Part shown: positions 27,331-40,277 of the stretch, piece after piece
How the letters are laid out: the number at the start of each line of letters is the position of its first letter
Numbering within the stretch: the stretch's first letter is position 1
NCBI RefSeq assembly: GCF_009914755.1
Contig: NC_060926.1
DNA: 64,000 nt
Strand: one strand, 5' to 3'
Source of the DNA: the human T2T-CHM13v2.0 reference genome, Homo sapiens
Program-made: the position numbers and the translations under genes
The notes under the pieces: generated by a model
What the model was told of the DNA's origin: nothing
What the model saw: only the letters and a program-made list of their open reading frames with translations
Databases searched by the model: none

Positions 27331-28185
27331 TTTCCTCTCTTTAGCCATGAATTTTTATTCATTAGAAGAGAGAAGACCATACGTTAAAGTGACATTTTAA
27401 AAGAGTCATATGAAACTATATTTTCTAAGTCTTTGAATAAAAATGTATCCTTTTATAAATGTTTAGATAAAACTTTTCCTTTCAAAATCATTCTTCATTC
27501 ATCTTCATTCTTATCTGTTTGTCAGTGTTGGTCAGATGTTGGAGGCCAGCTTAGTATTTTTACTTATTAGGTAAGTTTGTTTCATATTTTTAATTTGTTT
27601 TGTGTTTTAGTTTTAAAATTCCATTTAAAATTTATATAATACTTTTCACATCCATTTAATAATTAAAGAATGAAAGAACTAAAATGGCTGTGAATCTCTT
27701 TTTCATAATTTCCTTTGCACCCCAAAGAAGCCCTTTTATTTTGCGTACTAAGATATGTTTTTTTTCTGCAGAAAGTTTTCTTTTGATTAACATTTTTATC
27801 AAAATCATTCCTTTTTCTTCTTCATGAATGCCTGTAATTCTAAGGTATAATCTTCATTATCACTTCTCCATATTTCTCCGATATCGTACATTCATATTCC
27901 TTGCCTGATCCCTTTGGTTTGCATCCTGAGAATGTTATTCAGATCTTTACTCTGTAACACTGATTCAGTTTTTATCAATGTCACTTTTGCTTTCAACCTG
28001 TTGTACAGAGATTTCACTTCTACAGTTACCACTAATATTTTTTGGTTAGTTGTTGTTTTGCAATTCTATATTATCTTTTTCCACAATTTAAAAATGTCAT
28101 AACTTTTTGTCTTCATTATTTTCCATTTCTTATTCTGTCATTTCTTTTCTGTTCATGTTACATAAATATTCTTAAATAATATTGG

Positions 28186-28318
28186 TAGGGTGACCATACG
28201 TCTTGATTTATGCAGTAAATCCTGGTTTCTTGCTATTGTCCTAGTGTAAATATTAATAGTACCCCTTTTTATTCTCAAAGGTATCCCACTTGATATGATA
28301 AATTATATGATCATCTGA
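28186..28318. mobile_element. MER94 (hAT-Blackjack) MITE
   Basis: TIR 'tagggtgaccata'...'tatgatcatctga'; core 'attaatagtacccc..ttctcaaag'. Confidence 0.75.
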
Positions 28319-29602
28319 TGAATGTCAAACATGTATTTTCTAAAAGTTTCTTTTCATCTTTTGACTAATAAGTGTCAATGGTTTTTTTTGTTTTTGTGAA
28401 TATTAATTAGGTTGGTGTTCCTTTCTCACTGTTTATTTTTCTTGTTCTTCAGTATTGTTTGAAAGATCTATTTGTCTTAATGTTTACTCATTCATGAATG
28501 ACAAGAGCTCTATAGAGAATATTTGTGCACAGAATGTGTATTTGACCTTAGCTCTATTCACAGAATTTATCTCTTTGTTAACTATTTCTGTACCTGCTGA
28601 CTATACCCAAAATGATGAAATGATTGACCTCCGTTTTGCAAATGTAAGTGCATTCTATAATATGTGTTTTTTTCAGAATATGCTTCCACCTTTGTACAAT
28701 TGTGAATGTGAATTCTTTCTGAGAAATCCTAAGAACAGAATAATTTCTCCTTTAATGGGAGAAATCTCCCAACTTGTCTTACTTTCAGGTGATACACATA
28801 TTTCATAGGGAAATATGTATTGTACCCGTACATATATACTCCTATATCCAGAATCAGATTCTCCTTCTTGTTGGTTATTCCCATGCATTATACATGTGAA
28901 TTATCTTCAGTTATATCTCATGGTTTAGCTATACATTTTAAGAAATTAAGAAAGTCAGAAAAATAATGAAATAATCATCAGGAAAAGGAAGGAAAAGTGC
29001 CTCAAATAAATTTCTATGGCTTCTTAGCTTCCAAGACTTTATCATTATCTGTTCCAGTATAATAAAATGCTCTCTGACTTCAGATTTCTCTGAGAACTTT
29101 CTTTCTCAGGAAGGAAGAAGGAGGATTTAAAGACAACAAAGAGAAAGAATGAGCACAATATGAGCACAATAAAATGTTCATGAAATGGACATACGGAATA
29201 GAACCTTACTTGACAAAGACTATTTCAGGTTTTTCCTCCCAAATAATCTCTGGTATCTAGTTCACAGCACTTCACTTTTTCTAAGTTGATTGCCCCCATG
29301 TATCAATGGACCTTCAAGGACTTTTCTCCTTCTCTTGTTTATTACTGAGACATTTTCTGTTGTATCTGCTGATAACCAAAACCTTTTTTCCCCTCTAAAG
29401 AATTTCTACAATAAAATTCCAGTGAAAATGTTAGAATCTCTGAGTGTTCCCAACAAAACAGGATCCTTCTTTTCCTCTCAAGTTCTCGAAAAGTTAAGAT
29501 GAAAGAATTAACGTGAAGCCAAAATATTACCTTTCTTGCTATGGAGTGCAGTTTGAGGGAATGTAGCTTTAACCATGTTGGCTGAGAGGGCCTAATAATA
29601 CT

Positions 29603-30175
29603 TGTGGTAAGCAGAAAATGCCCCCCAAAATATACTCACCCCAATTCCCAGAACTTGTGAATATGTTGCATTATACGACAAAAGGGACATTGTAGGTGTG
29701 ATTAACATTGCACATCCTAAAGATTATTCTGAATTGTCCATATCAAACCTATCTAATCACATGAGTTCATGGAAGCAGAGGGCTTTCTCCAGTAGGGGTA
29801 TGAAAGATGCAGCAGAATAAATAGTTGGATTTACTGAAAGCTTAAGAGAGAACTGGCCCACTGATGGGTTCCAGAACACATGAGAAGGAATGTGGACACC
29901 TCTAGGAGCAAAGACTGTCCTTGACTGACAGCCAGCAAAGAAACAGATGTTTCAGACCTACAACTACAAGAAATTGGGATTCTACAAATTACCGGTTTAT
30001 AAGTAGATTCATTACAGATAAGAGCCTAAATCTGTAATTTTGGCATTGAACAATCTGCAGAACAGAAACCAGCCAAACCAACACAGATTTCTGAAACTGA
30101 AAATATATATATTTTTTGTTTTAAGCTACCATTGTTTGTAGTAATTTGTTACAGAAGCAATAGAAAACCAATACA
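29603..30175 (+). mobile_element. MLT1E-family MaLR solo LTR
   Basis: TG..CA ends ('tgtggtaagcagaa'...'agcaatagaaaaccaataca'); near-TSD atact/ttact. Confidence 0.85.
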
Positions 30176-31490
30176 TTACTGTACGCCTTAAATAAGCAGA
30201 CTTATCTGCCCAATTCCAGCAAATGATGAGAAAGGGAAAGATCCTAAAGAGTGGACAGTTTTGTGGAGGAGAGAGTACCCTGCAATCGGGCAACTGTGAA
30301 AGAAAAGAAGAGGTGAGGAGAGCACAAGTCTTGTTTTTCTGCCCGCTTTACCTATCATCAATGAATAATTATTCTTTTAGGTACAGAAGTAACTCCAAAA
30401 GACTAGGATAACGTTGGCCAAGTTCTCGTTCTAGGAAAAAAAATCAGAGGCAGAAAAGAAGTATATGTCTTCATTGAGATATAATTTAATTGACATTCAA
30501 ATATAATTTTTGAGTCTAAAATATGCTAATAAACAATTTTATTAGTGAACATAGACTATATATCTATCTGAAAAGGACTTTGTTATTGACTATAATTAGA
30601 AAGATCATTTTGCAGTCAGGTTTGGATTTCTCCATACCTGTCATTTATGCAGCATATTTTCCAAAAACATAATATTAAGAAAAGAAAAATTAAAAACTAA
30701 GATAAATTGTATAATTAGATCTATAATGTGAACACTATTGCCAAATTGAATTTTTAAAACTTTAAAAATTATATATACTGAAATATTTTTAAAGTTGTAT
30801 GATATATTTACTATGTATATGACTATTCAAAATTTATGTCAACCCTAAAAGTGTGTATATTTTTTATATCAGTTACAAATGAATATAATTAATTTTACAA
30901 TTAACCTTAATAACATGAAGAAAAATTTGTGACTTTTATTAAATTGTTTATTACTTAGTTTCAAATTTAAAAGAATTTATTTTAATTAGTAAGACCTTTA
31001 GGCCCAAATGTTAAAGGTATAAAACAGTAATTAATTATATGCAAATGAAATGCATTGACATAATATAATACTGCAACTCAAAACTTTTGCTTACTATACA
31101 CGGTTTTACTTTATGTGCAAAATGTAGACCAGCATTTTATAATTTTTTTCAAATAGGTATAATAAATATTGTGAATAGTAAATAATTTATTCTAAGTATA
31201 CTTTTTGTTCTGAAAGAAAATTTCAGGATAATACATTTGTGTGGTTTTTTGTTTGTTTTATTCTTTTCGATAATGGGGGGTGAGATAAGGGAAAACCCAG
31301 ATATATGAGTTTCAGTTCACTTACAAATTTAAATAAAATGTAAAACTGCTTTAGCAGGCACCACTACTAATGCCATATGATAAAAATATGAATAAAATAA
31401 TGTATTTAATTATAAAAATGGGAGTGAGTTTCCCTCACTATTGCTGATCACTTATTAAGAGGGTATCACATATGAAACATTAGTCTATAT

Positions 31491-31696
31491 CTGTACTGTC
31501 CAAGATGGTGGCCGTTGGTCTATGGGCTATTTACATTTAAGTTAATAAAATTAAATAAAATTTAAAAATTAGTTTGTCATTTAAAATAGCCACATTCTGA
31601 GTGTTCAATAACAACTTGTGGTGAGTAGCTACCATATTGGAGAGCACAGGTGTAGAATATTTCCATTACTACAGAAAACTCTATTGAACAGTGCTG
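31491..31696. mobile_element. MER3 (hAT-Charlie) MITE
   Basis: 'ctgtactgtccaa..tagccacatt..gtagctaccatattggagagcacag..agaatatttccatt..ctattgaacagtgctg'. Confidence 0.85.
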
Positions 31697-33554
31697 ATCA
31701 ATATGGCGAAGATCCAAACTATATGATAGAGTGTTTTCATGCAAGGATCTTAAAATTTCGAATGAATGCTAGAGATATTAAATGCTAGTCTAAATGTCTT
31801 TATGAACCAAAATAACGGCATGGAAGCTGACAAGTTGAGGGATTAAAGGGTAACAAAATCTTATCCTTGTTACACCAAGGAAAATCTTCCCCATTTCCTT
31901 TTTCTGCATTCAGTCCCTCCCCTCCAATCCTTGCTCATTAGGACACTCAACATGATGTCTTCAATTATTTTAGGATTGAAAGAGGTGACAGAGAAAAGGA
32001 GAGACAAAGGGAGGAAGGGCTGAAGAAGAATATGCAGTTTCAGCTTTCAAGCTACACTCTGCAGAACTTCCACATAACGAAGCGCACTAAGATAAATTAC
32101 CTGCTTGAAATAGGGAGAAGAAAAAATACAAGAAGAACAAAGGCAAATAAATATCTCAATAAAGTATTCTTCTACCAAAAAAATCAAAGATGTTTCTTTA
32201 CTGTATGTATTCTCACCCTTAGCTTCCAATGCCTTTTTTATAGTGAAGAACTTTTTCTAGAAATAATGAAAATGTTAGCATTTGTATTATTCTAAATAAT
32301 ATTTTCAGAGAAATGATGAAAAAGGATGATAGGAACAGTAACAATAAAATGATGAAAATGTGAAACCGCATAAACTAGGCTAGCATACAAGTAGAAGATC
32401 TCCCAACTGTTTAACCTTTATTCTCAAAAGGAAAAAGAAAAAGCAATTGCAATCACATTACGAGTGCCTGGCCTAGGTTTTTAACATGATTAGGAGATTT
32501 CATGCATGATGTCCTAAAGAGAAGGCAATCAAGAAAATAATTTTGCATGCTGTATATTAATGAATGTCACCATATTAATAGTAGTAAAGGCACAAACTGC
32601 AATTACTTTTTCCTTTTCCAACTCTTCATGTCTTTAGTATTTATTTCTTAATAAAACAAGCCAAAAAAAATTTTTAAGTGGTATAATGGCCTATGAAAAT
32701 CCAGTAAAAGTTTGGATCCTAATATATACATTAAAATGATAAAGTTTACATAGACATTAAAAAGAAAATGCTAAGAATCTATTTGGAATTAGTAAAACGT
32801 TATACCAACAAATAAAAATATTTATATCATTGTGGTAGGATTCATGATAGAGAATGATAAGTAATTTAATGATGTGTAAGGATCTTCAGTGTGAATGTCT
32901 TTAAACCAATGCAGAAAACAGACAAATTCTTGGAATAAAGATTAAAAGATATAAAATCAAATCCCGACAGATTTAATCAAAGAATAAATGCAAGCAAGCA
33001 CAACAACTTCAATAATGAAAAATTACAAAATATATTTTTCAACAAAAATAAAAACTAATGGCAATAGCAGTCTATTTTTACATGCTTATGCTTTTGTGTC
33101 TTTCTCAGCAACTTAAGGCAGAGGAATAAATAATTGTATTTTGTGGCATAATAGTCATAAAAATAATAGGTTTTATGTGGTAGAATTGACCTCAGGAAAC
33201 TAAAAACAAAATCATCATGTACTTTGAATAAAATTAATAATAAATTATTAAATTTATTTAGAAGATTAAAAAGGTTTCATAACTATATTATATGTCCTAT
33301 GATAATTTTGAATAACACCATTTAATAAGTAGCTGAACAAGACAAAAAAGACAATGGGAAAAGATAGTCTTGTGTACTCTCAAATAACTTTGACAACCGA
33401 GAGGATTTCTCTGATTGTTTAGTTCATTTGAGTTACAAAGAACAGATACAAGTGGCTGTTTCCTAAACCAATTGTGAGTTATTCTAAGGACCATTAAAAA
33501 ATGTAAAGAAGTATGAGAGAGTATCCAGAAGAGGACCAGCCTGGCTTTCAGTGA

Positions 33555-33927
<373 letters not shown>

Positions 33928-34230
33928 TCCATCATGTTGGCAACACAGGATATCTTTTTCTTTACTGATTTATTCTGTGGCTATCACTATTTAATCCTAA
34001 GTAAGATTTTTATGCAATTTTCACAGGAGTGTATATCAGATTGATTGGTAAATTATCAATCAGTACACAGTGATCTATTTTTTAATTTATACACATCATT
34101 GGCCACTAGCCAAACCACAGATGACCTCCTTTGCATCAGTCACTGATCATCCTGAGCTCAATAACTATAGCCAGGATAGTAGGTACAATCTATGGCTTAT
34201 GAATAAGGACAACCTGGAGAAGTTTTTCTT

Positions 34231-35500
34231 TTTTTTTTTTTTTAAGTTCTGGGGTACAGGTACAGAACATGAGGTTTTTTTACATAGGAATATATATACC
34301 ATGGTGGTTTGCTGCACCCATCAACCTGTCACCTACCTTAGGTATTTCTCCTAATGCTATTCCTCCTCTATCCCCCCACACCCCCTAACAGGCCCTGGTG
34401 TGTGATGTTCCCCTCCCTGCATCCATGTGTTCTCACTGTTCAACTCCCACTTATGACTGAGAACATACAGTCTTTGGTTTTCTGTGCTTGTGTTAGTTTG
34501 CTGAGAATGATGGTTTCCAGCTCCATCCATGTCCCTGCAAAGGACATAAACTCATCCTTTTTCGTGGCTGCATAGTATTCCATGGTGCATATGTGCCACA
34601 TTTTCTTTATCCAGTCTATCATTGATTGACATTTGGGTTGGTTCCAAGTCTTTGCTATTGTGAATAGCATCACAATAAACATATGTGTGCAAGTGTTTTT
34701 ACAGTAGAATGATTTATAATCCTTTCGGTATATACCCAGTAATGGGATTGCTAGCTCAAATGGTATTTCTAGTTCTAGATCCTTGAGGAATCACCAGACT
34801 GTCTTCCACAATGGTTGAACTAGTTTACAGTCCCACCAACAGTGTAAAAGTATTCCTGTTTCTCCATATCCTCTCCAGCATCTGTTGTTTCCTGACTTTT
34901 TAATGATCACCATTCTAACTGGCGTGAGATGGTATACAATTGTGGTTTTGATTTGCATTTCTCTAATGACCAGTGATGATGAGCTTTTTTTCATATGTTT
35001 GTGGGCTGCATATATGTCTTCTTTTGAGAAGTGTTTGTTCATATCCTTTGCCCACTTTTTGACGGTTTTTTTTTTAATAAATTTGTTTGAGTTCTTTGTA
35101 GATTCTTGATATTAGCCCTTTGTCAGATGGATAGATGGCAAAAATTTTCTACCATTCTGTAGGTTGCCTGTTCACTCTGATGATAGTTTCTTCTGCTGTG
35201 CAGAAGCTCTTTAGGTTAATTAGATCCCATTTGTCTATTTTGGGTTTTGTTGCCATTGCTTTTGTTGTTTTAATCATGAAGTCTTTGCACATGCCTATGT
35301 CCTGAACGTTATTGCCTAGGTTTTCTTCTAGGATTTTTATGGTTATACATCTTACGTTTAAGTCTTTAATCCATCTTGAGTTAATTTTTGTATAAGGTGT
35401 AAGGAAATGGTCTAGTTTCAGTTTTCTGCATATGGCTAGCCAGTTTTCCCAACACCATTTATTAAATAGGGAATCCTTTCCCCATGACTTGTTTGTGTCA
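34231..35500 (-). mobile_element. L1PA7/L1PA8-like, 5'-truncated (1.27 kb)
   Basis: ORF2 C-terminus plus 3' UTR; perfect TSD acaacctggagaagtttttctt at 34209-34230 and 35501-35522; endonuclease-type TCTT/AA site. Confidence 0.95.
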
Positions 35501-35659
35501 ACAACCTGGAGAAGTTTTTCTTAAAAGGAGAAAGTATCAAATGGCATTAAGAAGCTCAATTTGTAGAGTAAGATAAAGATTTAGGGTGACCCAATAGCAG
35601 GTTTGAGAAATCAGGCAAGAAAATTACTGTAAGAGTCAGAAATTACTTGTCTATTAAAT

Positions 35660-35815
35660 AGCAATTCAACAAAATATTCTCTGAATACCTACATGTACTA
35701 GGTATCATTCTGGGTACATGGTAAATCCCTTAGAACTCAAGTAATCAAAGTAGAGCCCTCATCGTGCTGAAATTCTGGTGTAGAATAATAGACAAAGTAA
35801 ATTATTAATGAAATA
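35660..35815 (-). mobile_element. L2 3' end
   Basis: 'attcaacaaaatattctctgaatacctacatgtactaggtatcattctgggt'. Confidence 0.6.
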
Positions 35816-36251
35816 AGTAAAGAATGTAATATATTCATAAGTGACTAAGTGTTATAGGAGAAAGACATACATCGAGAAAGACCAGAATAAGATGGACTCG
35901 GGGTGATTGGGGAGAGGAGTTACAGATGTGAATAGGCTGATTGTTTCCTTGAGAAAATGACAGTGGAGCAAAGAGACTCAAAAGAAGTGTGGTCCTTAAC
36001 TCTACCAGCAAGAAGGATGGGAGGCAGCAAAGAGTCTGACATGACAGCCCACAAAGTTCTGGTTTTTCCCAGGGTATTTTGACTTTTTCCATATCAATCA
36101 TTCCAAAATAGCATTTTCTTTTGGCGTGGGGAGGATACTTCTACTGCATTGGAGTTCAAACACAGAGCAATCTAGATGACTACCTATTCCCCAGATACTC
36201 TCAGGCCACATGGGCTCCATTCATTTACACATTCTTTTTCTCTACTATGAG

Positions 36252-36767
36252 TGTTACAGGAAAGGGGTCCCTATCCAGGCCCCAAGAGAGGGTTCTTGGA
36301 TCTCACGCAAGAAAGAATTCAGGACAAGTCCACAGTGCAAAGTAAAAGCAAGTTTAATAAAGTAAAGTAGTGAAAGCACAGCTACTCCATAGAAAGAGCA
36401 GGGTGTTCCTATAAGTAAAAGGAAGAACGCATCCACTCTAGGTACGATACTCATATATATGGCGAGATAGGCTCTGCTACAAAGGTTTGTAATAAAGTAT
36501 TAATTTTCTTAATTACTATAATTTGCAAGAATCAATATTATTATCTTTAAAGCAAAATTAGGAATGCCTTTGTTCTCCAGATTTCAGGATACCTGGACAT
36601 TCTCAAGTCTGGGTCTGTTTAGTAAACATTATTAATTTGTTCCCTTAATCATAAACATCTAAAGGCTAGGAATGCCTGACTTTCTCAGAATGCAGCCCCA
36701 CAAGTCCAGCCTCCTTTTCCTAGCCCTCACTCAAGATGATGTTGCTCTGGTTCGAACACCTCTGGTC
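36252..36767 (-). mobile_element. MER41 (C/D-like) ERV1 solo LTR
   Basis: 'tgttacaggaaaggggtcc..cccaagagagggttcttggatctcacgcaagaaagaattc' and 'tcaagatg..gttgctctggttcgaacacctctg'; 4-bp TSD tgag at 36248-51 and 36768-71. Confidence 0.9.
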
Positions 36768-36907
36768 TGAGTAATTCCCTGTCCAACTACATTAAAGCAT
36801 CAAAAATGTTATTTTCTTGACTAGGGTTACATCAAACACTTTCTGCTTCATAAAATCTTCCATGATACTCGGTTTACGTATCAGTTAAAAATTGTTAATC
36901 TAACCAT

Positions 36908-37030
36908 TTAATCATTAATTCAACCTACAACATTGATTACGTGCATACTATGTGCCAGATATTTACTGTTTCTTGGAGTACCAAACATAAGTGAAAAATA
37001 CAACTAATTCCCAGAAGTTTAAAGTCTAGT
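36908..37030 (-). mobile_element. L2 3' end fragment
   Basis: 'tcattaattcaac..cattgattacgtgcatactatgtgccag'. Confidence 0.55.
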
Positions 37031-37142
37031 TACTCTGTTGATGCTACCTTACCATCTTAATCTACATTATTCTATTTCGTACTCTCATTATTTTTTGTCG
37101 TTCATATTCAGTTTTTCATTATTTGATTATCATTCATATTCT

Positions 37143-37320
37143 GAATATGGGCTTTCATGAGGACAACCAAGCTTGAATTCTTGTCCTTGATTTACTATTT
37201 ATTTGACTTTGAGTAAATTAATCATTCTAAATTTTATTTTATGCAATTATAAAATTGAAACTATAAACACTGCAACAAATTGTTATAAGTAACAATTTGA
37301 CACTGTGTATACAAATGTTT
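37143..37320 (+). mobile_element. MIR fragment
   Basis: 'gaatatgggcttt..ttgaattct..tgactttgagtaaatta..tataaaat'. Confidence 0.5.
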
Positions 37321-37932
37321 CAAAGACATTAATTTTTTTTTTAATTTTAGTACCTACTTCTGTCTTGAGCTTTACTCTTGAGAGCAGGACAGAGAATGTG
37401 ATATACATTTGTTTATTCCAAACAATGTCTTACTAAGTAGTGCACATTTAATAAATACATATTTAATTGATTCTAGACTTAACTAAAATAGAAACTATTT
37501 TTATAAGCATAACTTGCTAAAAATGTATAGTATAGGTTCCATAAATTTTGATTCAAATAAATAAAAGTCAACTAATTAGTTAATGGCAAAAGTTTTCCTT
37601 AATTCAGTAATTTTTATTTCAAAAGAAAAATCCACAGTATTTCTAACTCAGTCTACTAGGAAAGCAATATCCTAATATGTGACCCTGAAAATGATATATA
37701 AAAAAAGAGAAAACTCTGTATTTTCTAATTTTTGGATATTGATGCAAAAATTTCCAGAAAATACTAGCAAATAAATGCAAATTAAAATAATAATTCCTTA
37801 ATTCCTAAACCATATAATCCCAGGAATGTGTGGATTATTAAACTTTAGGATCTCTTCCAATGTATTACATTACATAAATGAATTAAAAATACAAAACCAA
37901 TTTGCAATTTTTTTGATTGATGAAGATAAACA

Positions 37933-38172
37933 AATACCTAACACTTACTGAGCATTTACTATGACACAGGTAATGTTCTAGCTCACATTTATCAATTCAT
38001 GTCATTCTACCATGATCCTATGTAATAAGTACAATCACTAGGCTATTTAAAGATAAGGACATTGAGGCACAAGAGGTTTAAATAAAGCATAAAGTCTCAT
38101 AGACAGTGAGTGGCTGAGCCACAATGTAAACTTGGCTAGAAACCATATACTTAACTGATACAATATTGCCTC
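37933..38172 (-). mobile_element. MIR inserted in the old L1
   Basis: 'taacacttactgagcatttactatgacacagg...agataaggacattgaggcacaagagg'. Confidence 0.75.
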
Positions 38173-38386
38173 TCTTGGCAAACTTCAACAATAATTACTA
38201 AAAAAAAATAAAATATAAGTTTCTTCCTTTGATACAAGGTATCTCCCAGAAATTAACATGATTACTTTTAACATACTAGAAGAGTTTTCATTAAATTCAG
38301 AAATGAGAAAGGATACATGCAATAATATTTTTTATTAAATTATATTAAAAATACTATTTTTTAAAATGGTAAGTTACACTTAAAAA

Positions 38387-38742
38387 AACTTTTATTTCAA
38401 GTTCAGGAATACATGTGCAGGTTTGTTACACAGGTAAATGGGTGTCATGGAGGTTTGTTGTACAGATTATTTCATCATCCAGGTATTAAGTCTAGTACCC
38501 ACTAAATGTTTTTCTTGATCCTCTCCCTCCTCCCACCCTCCACGTTCCAATAGGCCCCAGTGTGTGTTGTTCCTCTCTATGTGTCTACATGTTCTCATAA
38601 TTTAGCTCCCACTTACAGGTGAGAACATGTGGTATTTGGTTTTCTGCTCCTGTGTAAGTTTGCCAAGGATAATGCCTCCAGCTTCATCCACGTCCCTGCA
38701 AAGAACATAATCTCATTGTTTTTATGGCTGCATAGTATCCCC
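38387..38742 (-). mobile_element. L1PA13-like 3' end (~350 bp)
   Basis: 'gtgtcatggaggtttgttgtacagattatttcatcatccaggtattaag'. Confidence 0.9.
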
Positions 38743-40034
38743 CAAAATACTATTATTTTTAAATATTGTGTTAGATTATATCCAATAGATTAAAAAGGAA
38801 AAAATACACACATATATTGAAAAAAGATTATTTAAAGGCAACACTATTATCTAATTAAAAATCTTTATGAATCAATTTATAATTTGTAGAATAGACACAC
38901 AGAAATAAAATTATTATTGCAACCAATAATGCAAAAACTTTAAAATAACTATAAAATATAACAGAAATGTATAAACTTCCACAGACTGATTTTGTATGTC
39001 ATTTTTCTGTATAGGTACAGTTAATATTATAAAGATAGTGACTAATTACAAAACAAGGCAGTATATATTTGGAATAACAAACTAAAATATAATCAGAAAA
39101 ATTAAATGTGCAAAAATAGCCAAGATTATTTTTACAGAGAAAAAATATATGAAGGGGCTTTTCATATCTATCATGCGTTTATATGCACACGTTTATGCAC
39201 ACACACACAAACACACACACAGCTACTTAAATAAGAATACCACAGTTATGGTAAAAAAAAAAATAGGTAAATGCATCTATAAAACAGAATTGAGAATTTA
39301 GAAAAGAACTTTTTTATATTTGAGAATCTGATAGGTGAACGATAATAGATAACTTTAAAAAGTCATTTAAGTTTAGTAAGAATGGAAATGACTTAAGTAT
39401 AACAGAAAAAACAAGAAGTCACAATAGAATGAAATTGACTTGTGTACATTAAAGTAAGACATCTGTATAGAAAACTATATTGTAATCATAAACAATAAAT
39501 AAGCCAGAAAAAAATATTAATAAAAATAGATCAATATTATTACTGTATAAAGAAGTTTAAGTACATACATCTTAAGTGAATAAGAAAAAAATTTTCAAAA
39601 GAAAAATTAGAAAAAGTTTAAAAACATTTGACAATGGAAAATATAAAAACCAATATGTAAAAGTGTGTTCATGATCAGTAATCAAATTAATTCAAATTAA
39701 TATAACAATAAAAACATTAATTTGTAAGACTGATAATTAAAGAGATTAATGCCACACAGCATTGACAATAATATTGGTGAGAAAGTAACCTAGCACAATT
39801 TCTTTGTGAGACAATTTTGCATTACCTCTCAATAATTTGAACATGCTGTCTTCTTCTAACAATTCCAATGCTGAAGTCTTATGTAAAAAAATAAGCGACT
39901 GTATGTTCACTGCAGCATTACGTATAATAATTCCTCTCTTCTACAAAAGTTGTAAATAGTATGCAAAGATACTTAAAAATTATTAATCTTCTTCACTGTA
40001 ATTATGAAATTGCATATGTTAACATAGAATGTAC

Positions 40035-40277
40035 TTTTTTTTTTGAGACGGAGTCTCGCTCTGTCGCCCAGGCTGGAGTGCAGTGGTGTGATCTCGGTTC
40101 ACTGCAAGCTCCGCCTCCCGGCTCACTGCAAGCTCCGCCTGCCAGTTCACGCCATTCTCCTGCCTCAGCCTCTGGAGTAGCTGGGACTACAGGCGCCCGC
40201 CACCACGCCCGGCTAATTTTTTTGTATTTTTAGTAGAGACGGGGTTTCACCGTGTTAGCCAGGATGGTCTCGATCTC
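40035..40277 (-). mobile_element. AluY, 5'-truncated, with an internal 24-bp tandem duplication
   Basis: AluY diagnostics with many intact CpGs; homology stops at 'gtctcgatctc'. Confidence 0.96.

Larger units (their letters stand above)
37600..40030 (+). mobile_element. Highly decayed L1ME-type ORF2/3' region with nested MIR and L1PA insertions
   Basis: A-rich strand; 'gatgcaaaaa..aaaatactagcaaat', 'atcccaggaatg', 'aaaatagccaag', 'atgttcactgcagcatt'. Confidence 0.6.

Noticed and set aside
28455-28808. 117-aa ORF
   Set aside because: Non-ATG start, AT-rich low-complexity composition, adjacent to decayed L1-like sequence, and no recognisable domain.
31028-31050. TAATTAATTA next to an ATGCAAAT octamer as an enhancer
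   Set aside because: Short AT-rich motifs are expected by chance in this base composition; there is no independent evidence without conservation data.
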